A DNA stretch of 63,964 nucleotides, the filler included, from Octopus bimaculoides (Eukaryota), in assembly GCF_001194135.2 (NCBI RefSeq). It is 4 parts of 3 records of this genome, joined end to end, with 100 filler letters (N's around TTAATTAATTAA, not from the genome) between each part and the next. Parts side by side here need not be neighbours in the genome. Positions count along the whole stretch, not along the records: positions 1 to 20,802 come from NC_068993.1; 3 more parts are not named here. The stretch is one strand, 5' to 3'. How positions within the stretch are numbered: the first letter of the stretch is position 1; every line of letters begins with the position of its first letter. Of the stretch, positions 1 through 12,419 are shown piece after piece. The notes beneath the pieces were generated by a model. That model saw only the letters and a program-made list of their open reading frames with translations. It did not search any database and was not told where the DNA came from. A program made the position numbers and the translations under genes.

Positions 1-134
1 ACGTGTCCATTTATGCCGTTTTGGTTTTGTTTGCGGGACATGAGGAACAACGTCCGGCCCTTTATTTTGACGGTCGTCGTTTTCGTAGGGTACCGGTTCG
101 TTTATTTCTGTTGTCAGATTGTTTTGCACGTTCA

Positions 135-190
<56 letters not shown>
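135..190. repeat. (TTA)n microsatellite
   Basis: Direct inspection; source of the poly-Y and poly-I ORFs. Confidence 0.98.
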
Positions 191-191
<1 letters not shown>

Positions 192-408
192 AAAGGTGGT
201 GAGCGGACAGAATCGTTAGCACACCGGGCAAAATTCTTAACAGTATTTCGTCTGTTTTCACCTTCTGAGTTCCAATTCCACCGAGCTCGATTTTCCTTTC
301 ATCCTTTCGGGGTCGATGAAATAAGTACCAGTGAAATACACGGTCGATCTGATCGACTAGTCCCCTTCCCCAAAATTCCAGGCCTTCTGCCTATAGTAGA
401 AAAGATTA
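192..408 (+). mobile_element. tRNA-derived SINE, family A
   Basis: Head GGTGGTGAGCGGACAGAATCGTTAGCAC with B-box-like GAGTTCCAATTCC, core CTTTCATCCTTTCGGGGTCGATGAAATAAGTACCAG, 3' end GGCCTT..GCCTATAGTAGAAAAGATTATT; more than 10 related copies in the window. Confidence 0.85.
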
Positions 409-421
409 TTATTATAAATCT

Positions 422-453
<32 letters not shown>

Positions 454-534
454 ACTGTCGCGATTGATGGAAACGGTACTCATACGCCACAAACATAGAA
501 TATTAATTTTTACATCAAGGAACAATATTGATCT

Positions 535-715
535 CAAATTTTGGCACAAGGTCAGCAATTTGGGGGTGGGAGGGATAAGTTGATGACACCGATCCCCACT
601 CCTCAACTGGCAATTATTTTATTGACTCCGAAAGGATGAAAGGCATGTCGACTTCAGCGAGATTTGAACTCGGAACGTAAAGATGGAGGAAATACCGCTA
701 ACCATTTTGCCTGAC
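535..715 (-). mobile_element. SINE family A copy
   Basis: Reverse complement of the family A core (CCGAAAGGATGAAAGGC, GATTTGAACTCGGAACG). Confidence 0.8.
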
Positions 716-768
716 ATGCATATCAAGGAAAAATATCAATATTCACTTATTATTATCTAAATATATAA

Positions 769-960
769 GGCAGTGAACTGGCAAAATCGTTAGCACGTCC
801 AGCAAACTGTTTAGCAACATTTTGTCCGTCTTAACGTTCTGAGTTCAAACTTCATCGACTTTGCCTTTCATCCTTTCAGGGTCGATGAAATAAGTACCAG
901 TTGAGCACTGGGATCCTTCCTCAAAATGTCAGGCCTTGTCCCTATAGTTGAAACGATTAT
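769..960 (+). mobile_element. SINE family A copy
   Basis: GGCAGTGAACTGGCAAAATCGTTAGCAC ... GAGTTCAAAC ... GGGTCGATGAAATAAGTACCAG. Confidence 0.85.
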
Positions 961-2450
961 TAGTTAAACAAGTAACTAAGATATCACATTATCATCACTG
1001 TCTGATAGATAGTCTTGGACAATAGGGACGGCTCTTTCACATTCTTTTGAACAAAATGTTATTAATTGCTCTCCGCTTTCTTTTAATTTGAGCTAGTGCG
1101 TCTAATATAAATACAGAACTGTGCTGTTGATTTTTTTTAACTACAAGGTTATGAAGACTTATTTGCAACTGTACACGTTTCAGTCTTATCAATCATTCTG
1201 ATAAAGACGATGAATAAGGTGAAACTTTATATAAATTACGTATAAGTTAGTATCGTATTTTTATCTTCAGAATTTGCAGCTCTCTCAGAGGTGGGCAATA
1301 TTTTCTAACCCCTGCAAGGCTTAATAATCTATGTAGTAAATCTGCTAGCGTTGTGGTTTAGTTCTGGGATAATCCTGATCGTATGATCAAAGATATTCCG
1401 ACCGTAACCATCCAGCATATAGGGGGGAGTGTGTTCCTTAGACTATTTATAATAAATAAGATACACATGTGATTTGAGGAAGATTTAACTGTTCTTTCTA
1501 TCAGGTGATTTGATAGCGTTGGCTCATTAAGTATTTGAAATTCAGTTAGTGAAATTGAATTTAGTGAGTCTCACCTATTGAAAAAGTTGGCAATGTACAG
1601 AGTGAAAAGAAACCAAAATGATCAATCATATACTAAACTTGATTCAATCACCGAGACACTTTGCATGCACACTTTTATGTGTTGAGACTACGCCAGGATA
1701 AAAAAAGTTATTTATAGGATTGTTAGTTACTACTTAATAAAAGATGAACATTTTAAAGAATAAAAAAGAAATGATATTAGTTTTGCGTATATGATTCTAT
1801 CCGTTTCCTTTATACAATTTTAGCGATTCTTCAAGAATTACGAAAACTATCTTTAATATAATTTACGATATAATGGCATCTATCACTATACAGAATGTAT
1901 TATTTTCCTGTATAAAATCAACAAAATATTTTTTCTTTCAAGACGTCTTACTTAGGTAAACGAATAAACGCTTCTAGATAAAGAGAATATGTAAAAGTGT
2001 ATTCTCTTCTACTTCATAAATTCGATATATACCAAGTTGAGAGGTCGCCATTCTTTGTTTAGGAATTATACATTTTCCATAAAGCATGTTAGTGTTCCAG
2101 TCCTCGTTACTTGCGTTTGATATGCATTCAATCATTATGATAAACTCTATACACACACACACAAACACACATGTATGTATGTATTGTGAGAGAGGAAAAC
2201 CTAGAGAAAGAAACTGAAATCAGAATACCGGGATTGCAATTGAATAACCTATTCTTAAGATAAAAAATAGTGTAGAAAGTGTCGGTTATGAATTCGCCAA
2301 ACGGGAATCTAAAGCTGTGAGACTCCAAATTGAATAATACCTTCATTACGTATTGAGTATCCTTCTTAAGCAATGTTTTAATTAGAATTAGCTGTTATTC
2401 TCTATTCAACTAATGTGATGACATTTTTAACGGATATTTGAAATGAGTTA

Positions 2451-2482
<32 letters not shown>

Positions 2483-3049
2483 NNNNNNNNNNNNNNNNNN
2501 NNNNNNNNNNNNNNNNNNNNNNNNNNNNNNNNNNNNNNNNNNNNNNNNNNNNNNNNNNNNNNNNNNNNNNNNNNNNNNNNNNNNNNNNNNTATATATATA
2601 TATATATATATATGATAATTTAATCTCCTCGAAATGCTACAACGATCATCAAATTGTGGCTATTTCTATTGACTAAATTTGATAATTAAAATTTGAGTAT
2701 TTTTAGGATTGTTACAAAAATCAACAATTTTGGTCAACCTAAATAAATAGTATTACTAGAATTACTATCCTAATTGGTGATGTTGTTGTTATAATAGCTG
2801 AAGTATTCCTGCTAGATTTGTGATGTTATATTTGTATAAATTCTATATTAAAATTGATTTAAAATCCAATTGTGAGCAACTCGTCTTTTACATATTTATA
2901 GGGAACCCAGAACTATATTTGTATGTATGGTTGGTTGGAAGAGTAGATGACACATGTACTCATTATCCAACTATTCCTGAAGTTACACGTGCTTCATTTA
3001 TTTTCTTTTTGTACCTGTATTATATTTTAATTATTCAATTCCCAATTTT

Positions 3050-3530
3050 TTCTTTTATGTTTCCCTCACTTCTTTTTCTTACTCTGAACTCTGACCTGTT
3101 CTCTCACTTTCGTTCACTTTTTCATGTTTTCTTTCCAGGCAACAGCGTCTCATACCATTACCATTGCACATACTTACGCCATATACACCATATTCATCAA
3201 GCCTTTCCTTTTCACTCAAACTTGACCGGCTCCCATCTTCTCACTTCCACACTTTCCTCTCACACAGCGACAATAATATTTCAAAAACACCATCACCTAA
3301 TTCATGCACACCTCGCACTTGCACTTGCACACTCTACACACATAAACACACTCCCAAAACACGACACTCACAGCTCCATTCGTTATGCACATCTGAAAGC
3401 CATTTATTTCCGCATGTTAGTTCTACTTTCCGTTCTCTCATTACTTTCACTAGAAAGTTGTTTATCTTCTGCGAGCGCTTTCAGACATCCCAAGAGCCAA
3501 CTGTGTAGCATACTCTGGTAGGCCTTCCCG
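3050..3530 (-). mobile_element. highly decayed LINE (RTE-like) 3' fragment
   Basis: The minus strand weakly resembles the RTE C-terminal segment (ETLAWKENMKK-like); no clean ORF. Confidence 0.3.
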
Positions 3531-3540
3531 TAATTTATAA

Positions 3541-3554
3541 TTGTTATTATTATC

Positions 3555-3638
<84 letters not shown>

Positions 3639-3910
3639 TAGTTTTATTTTTATAGTGTGCTTTCACTTCACTACCGAGCGCAGCTCTGTGTGCCTTGGGT
3701 ATGTGCTCTGGTTTGCTGTAATGCTCTTATGGTTACTGCATTGAAAGTGTTTTGCGTAGGAAGTGTGCAGTGCCCAGTAGTGCAATTTTCTGTATGTTAT
3801 ATATATTTGTAAGTCCCGATGTTTTTGTTATGTATTTGTATGAAATTTTTTTTATCATACCTAAGGCGCCTACTATGATGGGAATTGTTTCTTTTTCGTG
3901 TGAACAATAT
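3541..3910 (-). mobile_element. R4/Dong-like (RLE-type non-LTR) 3' end with (AAT)n tail
   Basis: ORF 3733-3948 ends ETIPIIVGALGMIKK...QKIALLGTAHFLRKTL*, the typical C-terminus of RLE-encoding non-LTR elements; followed by a short 3' UTR and the (AAT)n tail at 3541-3634. Confidence 0.75.
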
Positions 3911-4019
3911 ATATAACTTATTTTCTGTTTAAATAAGTAGAAGAACAATGATAAAATTCAATCACTCGCACAATAAAAGTCACAATCCCATTATAGGAAA
4001 GTAAATTTCTTTTCTTTAG

Positions 4020-4186
4020 CATCCGGCTTGAGCATAAATTCATTTGAGATTCCCGCATGTTTTGTCGTCAAAGGATTGTATAAATGGAGAAAAATCGGTG
4101 CACTTTCTCCATCAGAGCTAATTGAAACATCACTTTCTTCCGTGTTATCAAGAACATCGTCATCATCTTCGTCGTCGTCAGCATGA
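4020..4186 (+). CDS. candidate terminal exon, product unknown (strand ambiguous)
   Basis: Strong acceptor TTTCTTTTCTTTAG at 4019; phase-1 frame SGLSINSFEIPACFVVKGLYKWRKIGALSPSELIETSLSSVLSRTSSSSSSSA*; the antisense frame is also open. Confidence 0.2.
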
Positions 4187-5411
4187 TGGTTATCATTATT
4201 ATCAACAAATAACGTCTACCGCATCTGATGAGGAAGGAAAGTCAGAAAAAGATCCCTTTATCGCTGCTTAATTCTCTCATTTGTGACCTGATTTCTCCCA
4301 TCGATAAGGGCAGCTTACGCTAAGGCGCATTTCACGAACTAGACACTCAGGCCTCATTTGATGGCTGTATCCATGTACAATTTTTGAAACATCAATTAAT
4401 GATGTCCGCTGTGCTCTAAATGTCATTAATTAATGATGTATGTCGTTTAAAAGTTCAGTACAAGACCAGTTGATTTGAAAGACAGAGATTTCTCGATGCC
4501 ATCTACCCAGTACTTCATTGGTCCTTTAGTTCACCGACTTCGGAAATTAGTATAAATTCATAAATGATGGTCGTAATAGTGGTGGTATTTGTGGTTGATA
4601 ATGATAGTGGAAATAACGACAACCACAACAGCAACATGGACGACGACGCGAATGAATGAAAGAAAAAATATAACAGAAATCACATCTTTAAATACAAGAA
4701 GGGTGGAGAGGAAATAATAGCTGTTGCACTGCCTTATTCTGCCTACAGCTGTAACTGATGACATTTAGAATTATTAGTTAAGAATACATACATGGTTTTG
4801 ATTTCCAAAACATACGTAGTTTCAGATTTACATTCACCCAGAATTTTACTAATCTTCATACGTGGATTAGTTAGAAAACGTGCATTTTGACGTAGATAGA
4901 TATAAGAAAAATCCAGTATATTATTTATATATTTATCTTTAAATACCTTGCCATAGATTTATATTCGACTTCTGCTATAGCAACAGAATGAATTTAATCA
5001 ATAATCCTCACATCTTATATGACATTCAATCTGGGTCTATATTCACTCAATTTCTCCATTCCTTCCTTTTATTAATGAAATTTGATGCTGTATGTATCGC
5101 TTACAGGCAAAGAATATTGTGATTATTATCAATATTATATCATATTTTTTCTGTTCTGTTCAAACTCCCTTTCAGTTTACTGCGGTAATGTATTTCAATA
5201 ATCAAATTTATTGACTTAAATTAGTATTAATTGCAGCTGTAGTAAACTTCAGGAAGTATAACCCAACAGATATAATATGGCTCATGCATACACCGCAAGC
5301 AATTTTAATTTTAATAAAAATAGCATCAGCAGCAGCGGTATCAGCAGCAGCGGCAGCAGTAATTGTAGTAGTAGCAGTAGTTTTAGTTGTAGAATCGATA
5401 GCTAAATTGAG

Positions 5412-5412
5412 A

Positions 5413-5475
<63 letters not shown>

Positions 5476-5476
5476 T
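5412..5476. repeat. (AAT)n microsatellite
   Basis: Direct inspection. Confidence 0.98.
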
Positions 5477-6011
5477 TTCATTATTATTTCTAATATATAC
5501 TTAAGGCTGGCAATATTATGGCGAGGGTTCTAGTCGACAGCATCGACCACAGTACTCGAACGATACCATTTTTTATCATCCCCAGAGGGATGAAAGGCAA
5601 AGTTGACCATGGTGAGTGTTGAATGGCCTGAATTAATAGCCGTAACAAATAGCTCTAATCGGTTTTCCTGTAGCCCTAACATTTCAGCCATCTCCCTGCA
5701 TCTAGTTTCTGATTTAAACACAAAGCCAGCAATTATAAAGAAAGAGGATTACTGAGATCATCGACGTAGTATTTGTCTGATGTTCTATTTTACCTTTCCT
5801 GGAACGAACAAAAATAAAGTGTCGTCGGGATGCATGTGAACTCACAATATAAAGAGTGGGAAAGATTACCATAAGAAAAATGCACCAGTCCACCCAGAAC
5901 TAATAGGAAGAAAAAAAATGATATTTTTATTCACTACAAGAGCAGCTATGAGAAACATGAAGGTTTAAAGAAAAGCGTTTGACAAGATAAAATAAGCTAC
6001 CAGTTAAAAAA

Positions 6012-6047
<36 letters not shown>

Positions 6048-6057
6048 NNNNNNNNNN

Positions 6058-6121
<64 letters not shown>

Positions 6122-6264
6122 CATGCATGTATGTATGTATGTATGTATGTATGTATATGATTCATTTGTGCATTAACAAGGCATCAAATGATTTTCACGT
6201 GACGGGATCTTTCCTATTGTTCAAATGTGTGTGTATGTTTATCTGTGTATGAATATACCTTTAT

Positions 6265-6440
6265 CTTTTATCTTTTAACTGCTTCAGTCATTAGATTGGG
6301 TCTACGCTGGGGCACCGCCTTGAATTTTTTTCTTTTTTAGTTGAATGAATCGACCCCAGTACTTACATTTTAAGCCTGGTACTTATTCTACCAGATTCTT
6401 TTGCTGAACCACTAGGTTACAGGGACGTAAACAAACGCAC
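6265..6440 (-). mobile_element. SINE family B, 3' half
   Basis: Reverse complement of the family B 3' half (CGACCCCAGTACTTAC, GCTGAACCACTAGGTTACAGGGACGTAAAC). Confidence 0.75.
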
Positions 6441-7879
6441 ACACAAGTGGTGGTGGTGGTGGTGGTGGTTTTTGTGGTGGGGATGAGACAAACACAGAGA
6501 CACACACATAGATATATATACAGATATACATAAGAATCAATGTATGTGCGCATGTATTCATGTGTGTGTGTGCTTGTGTGTATGCGCGCGCGAAAGTGAG
6601 AGAGAGCATGTAAATATAAATGGCCAACACTCTAAGAGTACATACCCATACATGGATATATATTCAAATATGTGTATAATTTAAGTCACCCCAGTTGCTA
6701 TTTAATGGAGGTCCATTTCCGCTTGGTGAACAACTCATGCTATATTTGGTCATTTTAAAGAATAAAAAGAAAAGAGAGATCATAAATATTTCTGATTCGT
6801 TGTCTTGGAAACTTAAAGGACGTATAAAGTGCAAATTAAACAACACGATATGCAGTTGATATTCATGATAGAAAATTAAATATCAGGTAAAATATAAGTT
6901 TATCTTCGTTTGAACTATACAAACTAGAAAATGTTTTAAATTATGTTCGTTTCAGTTTTTATAAAATTCTTTAATACTGGTTTCATCATGCTTCTTTTAT
7001 TCATTTTAATTCTGTAAATTATTGTAAAATATTATAAAAATTGTAGTGGAATGGTTTGTAAGAAAAGGAATTTATTTTTGTTCTCTCTTTAAATTAAAAA
7101 GAAATATCAATGTTACGTACATTATTTCCTAAAAAAATTGTCTGCAGATATCATATTCAATTTCAAACACAGATAGATTGACAGATAGGTAGACAGAGAG
7201 ATATGTGCATGTATGTTATTTACATAGTGAGAGGGAAGTGTAGCTAGATAGATGGTGGTCTACATATGGTTGTGTACGAATATATAAATTCATATCTATC
7301 AATTTGTGTTTTTTTAATTTGCGCAATGTTTTTCACGTATAAATTTTTTGATTGTTTTAATATTACATTTTGTTGCTGCCATGTGAAATGAACGTCTGTG
7401 TGCCCAATCTTATAAATCAGTTTCTTTATTGTTCTAATGCCTTGAACTATCAATATTGTTTAGTTTGGTAAATTTTGGTACATGTAAAACTTTTAAAACA
7501 TCAATTGTATTTTCTTTCTAGTAAACCTATTTTTATTTATATATTTGAGTTTTTCCCTACTACACAAATGATTTGAAATCTTGTGTGAAATACTTTCAGT
7601 TCAGCATTCATATCAAACATTATTTTTTATCCATCCCTTCATGCTGTTGTCAAGACTTTCATACATAGAAACCATGTGAGAAGATAAACGGGGAAGAGAA
7701 GCGATATAACAAAATGCACAAATTCAGCGCACACAGAATTACAGAAAATACTGAAAGAGTTAGAAGCTATGTTCGGTTTAAAAAATAACGGAATATCATT
7801 TCAATAAATACTTGAAGTGTGAGTAGAGAATGAACATAGGGAAATATTTGAATATAGTCATAAAAATATTTCAACATCC

Positions 7880-8060
7880 GCAATAATTGACTTAATTGGT
7901 AGTATAAAAGACGCACGGGCATATAAATCGCACCCGAATTTCAGCAGCGCATATTCAGGGAAAACGTTTTTAGTGCATTAAAGCTTATGGAGTACAATTA
8001 GGCATACAGAACCCGAGATGTTTTCTTCGGGCCATTTTATTGGTAAAACATGCGTTTTTT
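7880..8060. mobile_element. possible pogo/Tigger-like MITE remnant
   Basis: TATAAAAGACGCACGGGCATATAAATCGCACCCGAATTT resembles the repeated TATAAGACGCAC subterminal motifs of pogo-type elements (from memory). Confidence 0.3.
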
Positions 8061-8174
8061 GTGCAGACAAATATAGTAAGTAAAACAAAATCATTAGCTA
8101 TTTTGTGGAGTGTTTCTCGTTTTGTCAAATAATACACGCGAACGAGAATATGTATTTTATTTTTCTTCGCGTAG

Positions 8175-8470
8175 GGCGGTGAGCTGGCAGAATCATTAGC
8201 ACGCTGGGCAAAATTACATCCATCTTTACGTTCGGAGTCCAAATTCTTCCGAGGTAAACTTAATCCCTCGTCCTTCATGGGTCCGACAGCAAGGCGGCGA
8301 GCTGGTAGAATTGTTAGCTCGCAGGAGAAGATGCATTTATCCGTCTTTACGTTCTCAGTTCAAATTTCGACGAAGTCGACTTTTCTTTTCATCCTTCGGG
8401 AAGGGTCTATAAATTAAGTAACTGTTAAGTACTAGAGTCGATATGACCGATTTACTCTTCCCGAGAAATT
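8175..8470 (+). mobile_element. two tandem SINE family A heads/copies
   Basis: GGCGGTGAGCTGGCAGAATCATTAGCAC at 8175 and GGCGGCGAGCTGGTAGAATTGTTAGC at 8293. Confidence 0.8.
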
Positions 8471-8740
8471 GCCGACGTTGTGCCAAATATTTGAAAGCAA
8501 TATTTTCTAAGAGTGTGACTGAGGAAATCATAATCAGGAAAGTATTAGTAATGAACAAGTGAAGTGACTCTTGTGTAAATATACACCTCATTGGAATGAT
8601 GCAATTCTACAAACGACACACATTTAAAGAAAACATGAACGATTAAGAAAGTGAAATAGCGAAGGAGACAAGTAGAAAATTAAAGAGAACGAATGAAATC
8701 CTATCTAAATTAATTTGAAGAGCTTTAAAAAAGCAAACAG

Positions 8741-9083
8741 AGGAGTGCCTGTGTAGTAAGTAGCTTGCTTACCAACCACATGGCTCCGGGTTCAGTTTCA
8801 CTGCAGGGCACCTTGGACAAATGTTTTCTACTATAGCTTCGGACCGACTAAAGCCTTGCGAGTGGAATTGGTAGACGGAAACTGAACGAAGCCCGCTATA
8901 TATATATATGTATGTATATACATNNNNNNNNNNNNNNNNNNNNNNNNNNNNNNNNNNNNNNNNNNNNNNNNNNNNNNNNNNNNNNNNNNNNNNNNNNNNN
9001 NNNNNNNNNNNNNNNNNNNNNNNNNNNNNNNNNNNNNNNNNNNNNNNNNNNNNNNNNNNNNNNNNNNNNNNNNNNNNNNNNNN

Positions 9084-9120
<37 letters not shown>

Positions 9121-9345
9121 GCGCGTGTGTGTGTTTGTGTGTCTGTGTTTGTCTCCTCAACATCACTTGACAACCGATGCTGATGTGTTTCCGTCCCCGT
9201 AAATTAGCGGTTCGACAAAAAAGAACGATAGAATAAGTACTAGACTTACAGAGAATAAGTCCTGAGGTCAATCTGCTCGACTAAAGGTGGTGCTCCAGCA
9301 TAGTCGCAGTCAAATGACTGAAACAAGTAAAAGAATAAAAGAACT
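8741..9345 (+). mobile_element. SINE family B, full length with internal (TA)n/(TG)n microsatellite
   Basis: Head GGAGTGCCTGTGTAGTAAGTAGCTTGC..GGGTTCAGTTTCACTGC; 3' half CTTGACAACCGATGCTG..GAATAAGTACTAG..CAGTCAAATGACTGAAACAAGTAAAAG. Confidence 0.9.
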
Positions 9346-9851
9346 GCAGAGGAGTGAAACGCCTAAAATATGTATTTAGAACTAAAACTTCTGTACATGC
9401 CAACGTGTACCACAACTAAACATAGTTATAGTTGTGCTTACGTAGGTATCTTACGTGAATGTAATGTATGTGTATACATCTATGTATAGTGAATATGCTT
9501 GTCTTAGCGGTATAATGCGGCTCCTGTCTACCTACAAAAATGAGCACCAGCTGATTGCTGTTGCTGACCCTCATTCTCGATGCTCAAATACATCAAGATA
9601 AGTAAGTTGGAAACGATGTTGATTTCTCCTTGCGACTCATAGGCAACAAAATCAATCAACAGAAGCATGGTATTTGGTACAAAGTCATATTCGTTTGCGA
9701 GCAGCAGCTCTGCCACACAAGCATTACATTATCGTTTCCATTATCCGTTTATTGCATTTAATACACTTCAGAATCAAAACCAATACTAAGTGTATAGTGG
9801 AAGATTTCCGGAGAACAGTACTCTCTTTCTTCTCTGTCCCCCCTGTCCCCC

Positions 9852-9900
<49 letters not shown>

Positions 9901-10548
9901 ATATATATATATATATATNNNNNNNNNNNNNNNNNNNNNNNNNNNNNNNNNNNNNNNNNNNNNNNNNNNNNNNNNNNNNNNNNNNNNNNNNNNNNNNNNN
10001 NNNNNNNNNNNNNNNNNNNNNNNNNNNNNNNNNNNNNNNNNNNNNNNNNNNNNNNNNNNNNNNNNNNNNNNNNNNNNNNNNNNNNNNNNNNNNNNNNNNN
10101 NNNNNNNNNNNNNNNNNNNNNNNNNNNNNNNNNNNNNNNNNNNNNNNNNNNNNNNNNNNNNNNNNNNNNNNNNNNNNNNNNNNNNNNNNNNNNNNNNNNN
10201 NNNNNNNNNNNNNNNNNNNNNNNNNNNNNNNNNNNNNNNNNNNNNNNNNNNNNNNNNNNNNNNNNNNNNNNNNNNNNNNNNNNNNNNNNNNNNNNNNNNN
10301 NNNNNNNNNNNNNNNNNNNNNNNNNNNNNNNNNNNNNNNNNNNNNNNNNNNNNNNNNNNNNNNNNNNNNNNNNNNNNNNNNNNNNNNNNNNNNNNNNNNN
10401 NNNNNNNNNNNNNNNNNNNNNNNNNNNNNNNNNNNNNNNNNNNNNNNNNNNNNNNNNNNNNNNNNNNNNNNNNNNNNNNNNNNNNNNNNNNNNNNNNNNN
10501 NNNNNNNNNNNNNNNNNNNNNNNNNNNNNNNNNNNNNNNNNNNNNNNN

Positions 10549-10599
<51 letters not shown>

Positions 10600-11198
10600 A
10601 TATGAGTGCACATAGACATACCTGTGTGTGTGTGTAGGTCTGTGTGTATGTGTGTATATGCACACACATGCTGATGCATGCATACATAAATTTATACACC
10701 CATATATACATCAGTTAGCATATGCGTGTATTTATATGCAAGCATGTAGTATATAATATATATGTGAATGTATATAAGTATTTGTGTAACATAAAAATCA
10801 ACACTCGAAAGAGAATGTGACCTGGAAACATGGGATTTGCTTTCGTCATTGTATTTTATTCTATTTCATTTCATTTTTAGGTGTCCATATAGTGCGAGCT
10901 GGTATAAACACTGTTTCGGATAATTAAATGTCATATATANNNNNNNNNNNNNNNNNNNNNNNNNNNNNNNNNNNNNNNNNNNNNNNNNNNNNNNNNNNNN
11001 NNNNNNNNNNNNNNNNNNNNNNNNNNNNNNNNNNNNNNNNNNNNNNNNNNNNNNNNNNNNNNNNNNNNNNNNNNNNNNNNNNNNNNNNNNNNNNNNNNNN
11101 NNNNNNNNNNNNNNNNNNNNNNNNNNNNNNNNNNNNNNNNNNNATATATATACATATATAATTTGTCATTGGTGAGGAATTCGTAAAACCCAAAAATA

Positions 11199-11232
<34 letters not shown>

Positions 11233-11235
11233 ACA

Positions 11236-12419
11236 CAGGAGAGGTGTTTATTAAAGATTTCCCTTTACCTACTTCCTTTTGTGCAGGAAATGGTACTTGT
11301 ACAGATCTAATCATAGACCTGTCTTTACATGTCACATTGTAAATTACAGCTGCTGAAGTGAACTAAGGTGATTTAATGGAGGCAGTTGAATGCAAATTAG
11401 TGATCAGGTCCTTATACTTGAAAGGTCGTACACCAAAAGAAACTTTTCATGGGATGAAAGAAGTTTACAGTGACGATGCACCATCATATGCCGTAGTTAA
11501 GCACTAGCGTCACCAGTTCAAATGTGGTCAGACATCGGTGGAAACTGCTCCTATTCCTGAACGACCTTATTCTACCATTGATAAATTGGAAGTCGCAATT
11601 TTGGAGTACGCCGCATAACTATTTGGCAACTAGCCCTAAAAGTGAAGATAAGGATAGGGTTGCTGGAAAAAAATCATTCAGGACCATTTGCACATGCGGA
11701 ATTTGTCTGCACAGTGAAATCTCTGGACACACACCTTTTCAGAAGCAGAAATGCGACAATTTCTCCCAGGCTCTTTTGACAATATGCCAGGAAATTGCGG
11801 AGAACATTTTCAGCAGACTTATCACACAGGATGAAACATGTGTTCATCACTCTGATCCTGAGACTAAAATCTAATCGAAGCAATGGAAGCATGATAACTC
11901 ACCACCTTCGAAGAAGGTCTCTGTCCAGCCTTCAGGAGGGAAGGTGATGCTCACAGTCTTTTGGGACCAGCGCGAAGTAATGATGCTGGAGTTTCTGACA
12001 AAGGGAACTACTGCTGCAGAAATTGCGGGATGCCATCAAAACATAGAGGCGTGGCATACTGACTAAAGGAGTCCACCTCCTCGAAGACAACACCCCAGTT
12101 CACAGTGGGGCTATGAAATCCTTCTTCATCCGGCTTACTCTCCTGACTTCGCACGGTCTGACTTATTTCCACATATTTCCAAACATGAAGTCTTTCTTGA
12201 AGGGGAAGCACTTTTTGGATGATGATAAACTTATTTCCGAAGTAGTCTTGGCTTCAGACGCAACCTACAGACGAGGTCTTCACAGCTGGATAAAGGGATG
12301 AGAGAAGTGTGTCACTATTGATGATGGCTATGTTGAGATAGTCTAATAATTATGCCTAGTTTCATTTATCCCAGTCCTTGAGAAGTGGGTCAGGGGTAAT
12401 CTTTAATAAACACCCCTTG
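11236..12419 (+). mobile_element. near full-length decayed mariner transposon
   Basis: TIRs GGTGTTTATTAAAGATT at ~11243 and AATCTTTAATAAACACCCCTTG ending 12419 followed by TA; transposase remnants YLKGRTPKETF, ITQDETCVHHSDPETK, degenerate HPPYSPDLAPSDF-type motif then HIFPNMKSFLKGKHF; stops and frameshifts. Confidence 0.9.

Noticed and set aside
3-496. ORFs with poly-Y/I/T/V tracts
   Set aside because: Translations of (TTA)n and (CTA)n microsatellites and a SINE
2820-3521. 233-aa plus-strand ORF
   Set aside because: Compositionally biased, probably antisense to a decayed LINE; no domain evidence
9674-10711. Long ORFs of 270-320 aa here and at 27615-28109, 29627-30562 and 33155-34000
   Set aside because: Composed of X from N gaps plus microsatellite translations
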